From positions 195,687-259,686 of the forward strand of contig CANGVA010000001.1 of the NCBI GenBank assembly GCA_947457395.1: a stretch of 64,000 nt of DNA, given 5' to 3'. A program made the position numbers and the translations under genes. How positions within the stretch are numbered: the stretch's first letter is position 1; each line of letters begins with the position of its first letter. This DNA is from Bacteroidota bacterium (GTDB taxonomy: Bacteria > Bacteroidota > Bacteroidia > UKL13-3). Below the pieces are notes generated by a model, which was not told where the DNA came from, ran no database searches, and saw only the letters and a list, made by a program, of their open reading frames with translations. Shown one piece after another: positions 1 to 7,621 of this stretch.

Positions 1-36
1 TAAACGTAGTAGCTGAATATGATTAACCGATAACAT
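1..36 (-). CDS. Possible 5' end of a divergent gene running off the window (MLSVNHIQLLRL...)
   Basis: ATG at 36-34 on the minus strand, open to the window edge; variant -7 box (TACTTTCA) at 41-48. Too short to verify. Confidence 0.25.
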   Translation of the reverse strand, partial: MLSVNHIQLLRL

Positions 37-195
37 AAGGTGAAAGTAATACTTATTCTTAATCTTTGCTTAAAAAATAATATTAAGAAAAATTAAAGAA
101 GTCTGTAACGCCTGATTTTAAACGATTTTGAAGGCTTTTATAATCTGTTTACATATGATTGAGCGGCTACTGTAAAGAAAGCATTCAGGATTTCA

Positions 196-203
196 TAACT
201 TTG
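196..203 (+). promoter_or_regulatory. Bacteroidota sigma70 -7 box TAACTTTG upstream of response regulator
   Basis: Exact TAnnTTTG match 22 nt before ATG 226. Confidence 0.65.
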
Positions 204-225
204 AAAAAGCTAATTATTAAAGCTT

Positions 226-945
226 ATGCAAAAGGAACAATTACCTCATTTGCTTTTGGTTGAAGATGAAACTACGTTGGGTTATTTTTTAAAGGAACGA
301 CTTAAACTCAGTGGTTATAGCATTAATCTTTGCCGTGATGGTGAAGAGGGTTGGAATACATTTAAAACAGAAAAATTTGATTTATGTATTTTGGATGTAA
401 ACATGCCGAAAAAGAGTGGATATGAATTGGCAAAGGATATCAGAGGTATTAATCCGTTTGTTCCGATTATTTTTTTAACAGCCAATTCAGCTGAGGAAGA
501 TCGTTTAAAAGGATTTGAACTTGGTGCTGACGAATATATTGTAAAGCCTTTTAGCACTGATGAACTTGTTGCACGCATCAAAGCAATACTCAGAAGATCT
601 CAGTATGCACCTCCTGTAATTAACCCAAAGGAGGAAATAAGAAAAATTGGAAATCTGGAAGTAGATTTTATTAATCATTGCATTAAAATTAATGGTAGTG
701 AGAAAAGAATGAGTACAACAGAGGCTGAATTATTTAAACTCTTTATTGAGCATAAAAATAATTTATTAACACGCAATTCTATTCTAATAAATGTTTGGGG
801 GCGTGATGATTACTATACTGCACGCAATCTGGATGTATATATTAATAAGTTACGAAAAATTTTAAAGGAAGATCCTTTGCTTGAAATAGTGAATATTCAC
901 GGTGCAGGGTTTAAACTTGTAGAAAATATTGCCAACCGGAAGTGA
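226..945 (+). CDS. OmpR/PhoB-family response regulator (RprY-like)
   Basis: Receiver motifs LLVEDE, ILDVNMP, FLTA, KPF; winged-helix C-terminus VWG..RNLDVYINKLRK..IHGAGF. Confidence 0.95.
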   Translation: MQKEQLPHLLLVEDETTLGYFLKERLKLSGYSINLCRDGEEGWNTFKTEKFDLCILDVNMPKKSGYELAKDIRGINPFVPIIFLTANSAEEDRLKGFELGADEYIVKPFSTDELVARIKAILRRSQYAPPVINPKEEIRKIGNLEVDFINHCIKINGSEKRMSTTEAELFKLFIEHKNNLLTRNSILINVWGRDDYYTARNLDVYINKLRKILKEDPLLEIVNIHGAGFKLVENIANRK

Positions 946-2984
946 AACACATACTGCTGCTTTTAAGCCTCACTATATTTTATTTTAGCTGCACTTTTGC
1001 GCAAGGCTTTAATAAGGATAGTATCTTACAGATAGCACAACATGCTCCTGATAAAGAGAAGCAGCAAGCATTACAACTCCTCATTCTATATTATAAAAAC
1101 AATGATCCGCAAACTGCTCTTCAATATGTGATGCAACAGATTGAGGTTAGCCAGCGCATAAATGATGAGGCCACATTAGCAAAAGCATATCAGAATGCAG
1201 GCATACTTAGTTTCAGGGTAGGTAATTTTCAGCGGGCAAAAGAATTTTACCTGCAGGCACTCGAAAAATTTACACAACAGCGAAATACCGATGCGCAAAA
1301 TGAAGTAAACAGCTATTTGGGTGCCGTTTATTATGCAAACGGGAATTTGCCACTTGCTGCAGAAACCTACCTGAAGGCCCTGCGCTATTATGAGGAAAAG
1401 AATGATAAGGCCGCACTGCTTAATATTTTAAGTTCACTTGGAAGCATTTATTCCAGACAAAATAATTTTTCAAAGGCTTTGGAGTATAACCTCAGGGCTT
1501 TGCGCATTTACGAAGAATCTTCTGATCGTTTCCGCACGCTTGTTGGATATGATAATATTGGCAACATATACCTTCGGCAAGGTAATTTACAGAAAGCAGA
1601 AGAGTTTTTTAATAAATCATTAAAGGTATACCGTGAGCTAAATAACAAGGCAGGTGAAGCAACTACACTTTATCAACTTGGTACCATTGCCGATAAGCAG
1701 AATGATATAGAGCAATCCATCGCATACTACGGGCAATCCATTGAAATGGCAAAAGCTATTAAAGCACAACCCATGCAGGCTACAGCTGAGCTTGCGCTGG
1801 CTAATAACCTGAGTAAAATTAAACTGTATCAGCAGGCTATTACTTCCTATCAAAATGCCATACGCTTGGCAAAACAACTGGAGATGAAAATTGAGCTGGA
1901 GGAAGCTTATAGGGGTATTTCACAGGCATATGCTGCTGTTAAGCAACAGCAGAAGGCCACAACATTTGGTGAATTGAGCCGTGAACTAAAGGATTCATTA
2001 TACAACGATAGCAATATTAAAAAATTAGCTGATTTACAGCTGGTGTATGAAACGGAAAAAAAGCAACAGCAAATAGAATTGCTATCTAAAGAGCAGCAAT
2101 TGCAGGAGCTGGAACTAAAGCGTGAGCGGGAGTCGAAGAATTTTTGGGCTTATGCCTCTGTTGCATTGGCTTTTATTTTTGTGGTGCTCATTTATTTCTC
2201 TATACAAAACAAACGTATAGCCAATAACCTGCGCAGGCAAAAAGAAGTGCTGGAGCAAAAAAACAGAGAAGTGCTGGAGCAAAAAGAGCAACTAAACCAG
2301 CTGAATAATGTAAAGGATCGTTTCTTTTCCATCATCTCGCATGATTTAAGAAATAACCTTGCTACGATGAAGTTGTATTTTGATTTAATCAGCCATCCGG
2401 ATTATAAGCCTGCAGATCATACCGAAGCAACAAGGCAGATTTCTGCATCGGTGGAAAATACCATTGATTTGCTGGAGAATTTGCTGGTATGGGCTTCTGC
2501 TCAAATTAAAGGTGTGCCTATTCATATTCAAAAACTCAATATCCATTCGCTGATTGAGGGTAATATCAATTTAGTGGCAGGCAATGCGCATCAAAAGAAT
2601 ATCAGCATTATCAATGCATCATCGGAACACGCAACAGCCATGGGGGATATTGATATGATACATCTGGTATTGCGTAACCTTATTTCCAATGCCATTAAGT
2701 TTACCAATGATGGCGGAAAAATTGAAATAAGCAGCAAGGAGAGAAATGGCAGACAAATAATCTGCATTCAGGATAATGGGGTTGGCATTAGCAAAGAAAA
2801 TCTTGCAAAACTTTTCGATCAGCATTTACACCCAAGTACCAAGGGCACAGGTAATGAAAAGGGCACGGGGCTAGGATTAATGCTTTGTAAAGATTTTATG
2901 GAGCGCAACCAGGGCTCTATTAGAGTGGAGAGTGAAAAAGGCAAGGGTACGTCATTTTATATAGAACTACCTATAGCCGGCTAA
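942..2984 (+). CDS. TPR-repeat sensor histidine kinase
   Basis: GTG start overlapping the regulator stop; signal peptide, multiple TPRs, TM helix (FWAYASVALAFIFVVLIYF), H-box SHDLR, N-box NLISNAIKF, DNGVGI and GTGLGL boxes. Confidence 0.95.
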   Translation: MKHILLLLSLTIFYFSCTFAQGFNKDSILQIAQHAPDKEKQQALQLLILYYKNNDPQTALQYVMQQIEVSQRINDEATLAKAYQNAGILSFRVGNFQRAKEFYLQALEKFTQQRNTDAQNEVNSYLGAVYYANGNLPLAAETYLKALRYYEEKNDKAALLNILSSLGSIYSRQNNFSKALEYNLRALRIYEESSDRFRTLVGYDNIGNIYLRQGNLQKAEEFFNKSLKVYRELNNKAGEATTLYQLGTIADKQNDIEQSIAYYGQSIEMAKAIKAQPMQATAELALANNLSKIKLYQQAITSYQNAIRLAKQLEMKIELEEAYRGISQAYAAVKQQQKATTFGELSRELKDSLYNDSNIKKLADLQLVYETEKKQQQIELLSKEQQLQELELKRERESKNFWAYASVALAFIFVVLIYFSIQNKRIANNLRRQKEVLEQKNREVLEQKEQLNQLNNVKDRFFSIISHDLRNNLATMKLYFDLISHPDYKPADHTEATRQISASVENTIDLLENLLVWASAQIKGVPIHIQKLNIHSLIEGNINLVAGNAHQKNISIINASSEHATAMGDIDMIHLVLRNLISNAIKFTNDGGKIEISSKERNGRQIICIQDNGVGISKENLAKLFDQHLHPSTKGTGNEKGTGLGLMLCKDFMERNQGSIRVESEKGKGTSFYIELPIAG

Positions 2985-2995
2985 CAGTAAATCTG

Positions 2996-3511
2996 TTATT
3001 TTTTTTTCATAACCGGAACATTGCTGCATGCCTCACCATACATGATGCTTTTTACATAAGGCGCAAGCCGGTGCGTGATTTCAACATAGGCGCTTACGGG
3101 CACAGGTATTTCTCCGCAACCTTTCACAATGACTCTTGCATCGCGTAGCGCTTCTAAATTAATTTTATTTAGTGCATCATTAAACAAGGCCCACTCCAGT
3201 GTTTGTAAATTGCCAAAAACATAACGGTTGGCATATGGTTCAGCAGCAACAGACAGGAGCATATAAGCCCATGTGGGAATAATGGCATCTGCACTGCAAG
3301 CGAAGGCAATATTTTTTCCTGCATATTGGCTCCAGTTATGTTGTTTTACGTATTCTCTAAATTCTTTTTCCTTTAATATAGCCTCTCTAAAAAGCCATGG
3401 TTTGATATCAAACAACACACGTTCTCCCGGATGATAGTAGGTTTCCAGATCAATGGTAATTAATCCGCTGTTTGCTACACGGTTTTCTTTGGGTTTTAGT
3501 TCCGGCTCCAT
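2996..3511 (-). CDS. DUF2480 family protein
   Basis: NRVANSGLITIDLE, CSADAIIPTWAYML and KSIMYGEACSNVPV match my recollection of this Bacteroidota family. Confidence 0.85.
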   Translation of the reverse strand: MEPELKPKENRVANSGLITIDLETYYHPGERVLFDIKPWLFREAILKEKEFREYVKQHNWSQYAGKNIAFACSADAIIPTWAYMLLSVAAEPYANRYVFGNLQTLEWALFNDALNKINLEALRDARVIVKGCGEIPVPVSAYVEITHRLAPYVKSIMYGEACSNVPVMKKK

Positions 3512-3516
3512 AGCGG

Positions 3517-3524
3517 CAAAGATA
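3517..3524 (-). promoter_or_regulatory. -7 box TATCTTTG, 5 nt before the DUF2480 ATG
   Basis: Exact TAnnTTTG on the minus strand. Confidence 0.65.
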
Positions 3525-3544
3525 TACTGACAACTTAAATTATT

Positions 3545-3880
3545 TTATTTTAGGCTTTTATCTTCTAGTATTTTAATTAAGCTTTCTATTTGTTTTTCTT
3601 TAGATATAAGGCAGTTTCTTAAGAAATCGTTGTCTTGTTTTAGATAATTTAGCAAATCTAAGTCACTTTTATCAGCCAATTTATCTTCAGCGTCAAATAA
3701 TTTATTTAGGTTAACTTCATATAGTTTAGAGATGAGTTGCAACCTTTCTGAATTTAATTTTCTTTCCCCTCTCTCTATCCGTCCATAACTTGTTGTATCA
3801 ATTCCTAAATAATCTGCCACATCAGCTTGGGTGTAACCATGTTTTTTTCGTAGCAATATTAAGTTTTCTTTAAGTCCCAT
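3545..3880 (-). CDS. XRE-family HTH regulator with C-terminal coiled coil
   Basis: LRKKHGYTQADVADYLGIDTTSYGRIERGE HTH_3 pattern; ATG 3880 preferred over GTG 3901. Confidence 0.9.
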   Translation of the reverse strand: MGLKENLILLRKKHGYTQADVADYLGIDTTSYGRIERGERKLNSERLQLISKLYEVNLNKLFDAEDKLADKSDLDLLNYLKQDNDFLRNCLISKEKQIESLIKILEDKSLK

Positions 3881-4036
3881 ACCAGTTACGAAGCTACTCA
3901 CCTGAAAAACAATAAAATAGGCTTAAAAAGCATATAAAAACGACAAAAAAGCATATTTGTGTGCTATTAATGAATTCTTTTTACGAGTTTTGAAATGTTT
4001 GATACACTATTTTATACATTCTTAAATCCATTATTT

Positions 4037-5125
4037 ATGAAAACATTTAAACGAGTTAGCCAAGGCTTGATTTTTTTAAGCTTGATTTTCGGCTTTAAAT
4101 TAGCCAATGCACAATGCACACCATGCAAAGAGACTGTAACTGAACACTACTTCCGAAAGGTGCTATGTGATTGGCAAGGAACTGATGGTGCTGGGCAAAA
4201 TCTTAATATTCCTGGAAAACTATGGTTAGATATAAGATATAAGGTAATCATTTGTGGGCAGTGCACAACTATTCAATTAACCCATTCAACCTTCTCGGCT
4301 TTATTTTCAAGTTGGGGATATGTTGGCGATTATTTAAATTGTGATCCAAATTATCAAAAACTAGATCCAAGAATACCATCACCATCACATCCTGATGCAC
4401 AAAGTTGGTGGCTCTCTACAATACTACAGATGATTAAGGAACACGGAGCTCCTAACGCTAATTGTCAAACCGGGCGGATCATTGACTACCCAAGCGGATG
4501 CTATGAAATCAAGGAGGTTATGTATCCACAAGGAACTCAAATTAGGATTGAAGGAGGGGATGGTGGACAAGCAACGTATACTGATATTGGCGGTACTCCT
4601 ATTTTGGTTATGGAACCTTGCATAGGAGCTGGCTGCTGCAAAATTAGGTATCAACCAAATGGAGATGGAACTTATCAAGCAGTTGTGCATGAACAAGAAC
4701 CATGCTCAGGTGCGCCAAATACTAACCCGCCAACTATTTCAACAATATTAGACGATGGCACGGTCGTTACTTATACAGGCAATGTTATTAGTTCGACCGG
4801 TTGCAAATCTGCTTGCTCTGCCAATCCAAATTTTTTAGGTAAAAGACAGGTAATTACTATTTCAACAAATGAGAAAGAGACTAAGGTAGAAAATGAAATG
4901 ATATTAAGTGCCTACCCAACTCCGTTTAATGATGTTATTAAAATTAACACAACACAGAAGATAAAGAAAATTTTATTCTACAATATGAATGGACAAGTTG
5001 TTTTAGAAATTACATCGCCAGAATCCTATACAATAAATACTTCTAGCATCAGATCGGGAATGTATTTTATGCAAGTTTGGAATGAAAAGGAGGAGGTGAA
5101 AACCATAAAACTAATTAAGAGATAG
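4037..5125 (+). CDS. Cysteine-rich secreted protein with T9SS type-A CTD
   Basis: Signal peptide MKTFKR..ANA|Q (ATG 4037 preferred over 3995); 14 Cys in the body; C-terminus AYPTPF...SGMYFMQV...KTIKLIKR. Confidence 0.85.
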   Translation: MKTFKRVSQGLIFLSLIFGFKLANAQCTPCKETVTEHYFRKVLCDWQGTDGAGQNLNIPGKLWLDIRYKVIICGQCTTIQLTHSTFSALFSSWGYVGDYLNCDPNYQKLDPRIPSPSHPDAQSWWLSTILQMIKEHGAPNANCQTGRIIDYPSGCYEIKEVMYPQGTQIRIEGGDGGQATYTDIGGTPILVMEPCIGAGCCKIRYQPNGDGTYQAVVHEQEPCSGAPNTNPPTISTILDDGTVVTYTGNVISSTGCKSACSANPNFLGKRQVITISTNEKETKVENEMILSAYPTPFNDVIKINTTQKIKKILFYNMNGQVVLEITSPESYTINTSSIRSGMYFMQVWNEKEEVKTIKLIKR

Positions 5126-5134
5126 GGTGCCTTC

Positions 5135-5173
5135 AAAAGAGTTAGGGTTGTATTTTTAACTCTAACTCTTTTT
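5135..5173 (+). terminator. Long-stem intrinsic terminator-like hairpin
   Basis: aaaagagttagggtt / aactctaactctttt, 15-bp stem with one G-U pair, ending in a T run, just after stop 5125. Confidence 0.7.
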
Positions 5174-5175
5174 AT

Positions 5176-5183
5176 TAAATTTG
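5176..5183 (+). promoter_or_regulatory. -7 box TAAATTTG for the downstream T9SS cargo gene
   Basis: Exact TAnnTTTG just after the hairpin, 8 nt before ATG 5192. Confidence 0.55.
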
Positions 5184-5191
5184 TGAATATT

Positions 5192-7549
5192 ATGTTAAGC
5201 AGAAGTATCATATTTATTTTCTATCAAATATGCTTCACTACCATAATTTATTCACAAGCTATTGTTGGCGCAGAGATTTTTGGCAGTTCAAGCACAACAC
5301 CTTTGTATAGTCATCATTTGGGGCAACGTACTTTTTTTGATAATGAAGGATACAGATATACGGCTATTGCAACATCAGATAGTATTGTTTACTTAGATAG
5401 TGCAGGCTCCAAAATAGCCATCCAAATACATATCCCTATTCAAGACGTTGGGAGTTACAATGATGTTGGACTTTTAATCCTAGTATATAGTCCTCAAGGC
5501 AGATATTTAAATCATGTTCAGATTATTGCCAGGCATAATAGTGTAACTTATGATGGAGTACCAAGTATAGATGACTATCCTGGGGCTTTTTTTTTCTCGC
5601 AAAGCGTATATGCAAACTGCCAAGATGGAGATATAGCTTTTGGAGTGGCCCACAGAGGGGCAGATACTTTTGACCTCTATAACAACAATGGGCAGCTATT
5701 TGCAAGTTATACCAATATGCCAATGCGGGACACAACCATGCTCATAATTGGTAAATTTAATAAAGGTGGTTTTTTTAAGTGGGCTTATACCATTAACAGA
5801 GAATCAACTTACCAATCAGTTCGCATCAATAAAATTATTAATAGATCAATAAGAGGAATCGCACCTTTAAATTCAGGTAAAATTGCATTTGATTTGGAAT
5901 TATTTGATATGTATCAACCTTACTTGGATACATTAATTTTAAGAGACCAATACAGCAAAAGAATAATTATACCAATAAATAGTAATGATATTACATTAAA
6001 CATAACTTCTGATGGTGCGTTTTCTGGTGCCAATGATGCGTTTCCTTTTCTTTATAAAAATACAGCCAATAACGTTGCGGTGCAGCAAACTGTTACAGAC
6101 GGAGTGAGTAAATACAGTTTAATCAAAACAAACCTAATACTAATTGATTTATTGCACCAACATCTAATTGACACGGGTCAAAGGGTTTATCTGATAAAGC
6201 GAGACTCATTAGATAAAGTAGAATGGGTATATGATATAGGCAAGGGAAGCTCAGGCTTTTACCAATTGGCACTAAACAAAACGGCAACAGAAATATGTGT
6301 GGGATTTAGTTATGCAACGTTTGATTTTGAATTTAAACAGCCAATTAGTAAGCCATCTTTAATTTGGTATAGCTTATACTTAGGCAAATTTAGCACTGCT
6401 GGTTCAGCGCTTTGGCAAAAGGCTAATTATATTGGCCATTTTTATTTAAAAGGTTTGAATTATGATTATAACAATGGCTTGGTGATAGCTGCACGAACCG
6501 ATTATTTCACAACTAATAAAATAGACTCAGTTCACTTTAATGTACCCAATTATTACAAAAATGAATTTGTTGCGTTTTTTGACTCAACCCATGCTTGCAA
6601 AGAAGTACTGCAGCTTGAATTTGCAAACCAAATTCACGATTTTGGATCTGACCTTATGGCTATTACTATCACTATCAATGGAGATTTTTTTAACAGATAT
6701 TATCCGGGCATAGGTCATTCTTTTATCAATAAAGAAGGGGTAGCCTATATAACAGGTTATATGTCGGATAGCTTAAAAATAAACTGTAATAATTATCTAT
6801 ATACGTTATCAGGCAAGAGGAAATTTCCTTACGCAGATGGTAGGGATGCATATGTTATACAAGTAAGGCCAAGTGTTACGTTTAAGCAAATAGATAGCTC
6901 TTCTTGCAAACCTGTTCTATCTTTAAGTGGCAAGTATACTTATGACACCACAGGTGTTTATTTAGACACCGTAATTTCTGTAAGAACTTGTGATACACTT
7001 AAAACGGTATACACACTTTCAATTAATATCAAACCCTTACAGTTAACCATAGATAAATCTAATGATATTAGTTGCGATTCTCCGTTTGCTGTATTAACTG
7101 CTACAGGTGGAAATAGTATTGAATGGTTTCCTCAGGATTTTCTATCAAGCACTGATAATTTTAATACAACTACTTATACTACAAAGCCAATTACCTACTA
7201 CGTTAAGGTAGAAGACAGTTTAGGGTGTAAAGCATCTGATAGTATCTTTATTAATACTTTTGTTTCTGATTCTGCCAAGAGCATACCAAATGTTTTTACT
7301 CCTAATGATGATGGCATCAATGATTGTTTTGGGTTTTCTTATTTAGGAAACCTGCAGGATATTGATGTTAAATTTTATAATAGGTGGGGTAATTTTATTT
7401 ATCAGATTAATAAACAGGAAACCTGCTGGAAAGGCAAAAACATGGTAGGTGATGATCTTACTAGTGGTACCTATTATTATATTTTGAAGGCGACAAATAG
7501 CTGTGGAATTGAGCAAAGGGAAACAGGATCAATTACGTTAATTAGGTGA
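5192..7549 (+). CDS. Secreted beta-propeller-like protein with T9SS type-B (gliding motility-associated) CTD
   Basis: Signal peptide ending YS|Q; SBBP-like blades (DNEGYRY, GKFNKGGFFKW, GKFSTAGSALW, NKEGVAYITG); C-terminus IPNVFTPNDDGIND..FYNRWG..W.GK..GTYYY..GSITLIR. Confidence 0.88.
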   Translation: MLSRSIIFIFYQICFTTIIYSQAIVGAEIFGSSSTTPLYSHHLGQRTFFDNEGYRYTAIATSDSIVYLDSAGSKIAIQIHIPIQDVGSYNDVGLLILVYSPQGRYLNHVQIIARHNSVTYDGVPSIDDYPGAFFFSQSVYANCQDGDIAFGVAHRGADTFDLYNNNGQLFASYTNMPMRDTTMLIIGKFNKGGFFKWAYTINRESTYQSVRINKIINRSIRGIAPLNSGKIAFDLELFDMYQPYLDTLILRDQYSKRIIIPINSNDITLNITSDGAFSGANDAFPFLYKNTANNVAVQQTVTDGVSKYSLIKTNLILIDLLHQHLIDTGQRVYLIKRDSLDKVEWVYDIGKGSSGFYQLALNKTATEICVGFSYATFDFEFKQPISKPSLIWYSLYLGKFSTAGSALWQKANYIGHFYLKGLNYDYNNGLVIAARTDYFTTNKIDSVHFNVPNYYKNEFVAFFDSTHACKEVLQLEFANQIHDFGSDLMAITITINGDFFNRYYPGIGHSFINKEGVAYITGYMSDSLKINCNNYLYTLSGKRKFPYADGRDAYVIQVRPSVTFKQIDSSSCKPVLSLSGKYTYDTTGVYLDTVISVRTCDTLKTVYTLSINIKPLQLTIDKSNDISCDSPFAVLTATGGNSIEWFPQDFLSSTDNFNTTTYTTKPITYYVKVEDSLGCKASDSIFINTFVSDSAKSIPNVFTPNDDGINDCFGFSYLGNLQDIDVKFYNRWGNFIYQINKQETCWKGKNMVGDDLTSGTYYYILKATNSCGIEQRETGSITLIR

Positions 7550-7621
7550 TTCATTTATTCCAATAAAGAATAACTTGAATGTGTAATTACGTTTACCATT
7601 TTAGTTAAGAAAGAAGAAGAT

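Noticed and set aside
5587-5595. T9 tract in the type-B cargo gene (also A9 in sprA at 14922-14930) as phase-variation sites
   Set aside because: A/T runs of 8-9 are expected in AT-rich Phe/Lys codons; both frames are intact.
3531-7580. aacttaaat / aacttgaat as target-site duplication flanking cassette 1
   Set aside because: Only 8 of 9 matches in AT-rich DNA, and no mobility gene.
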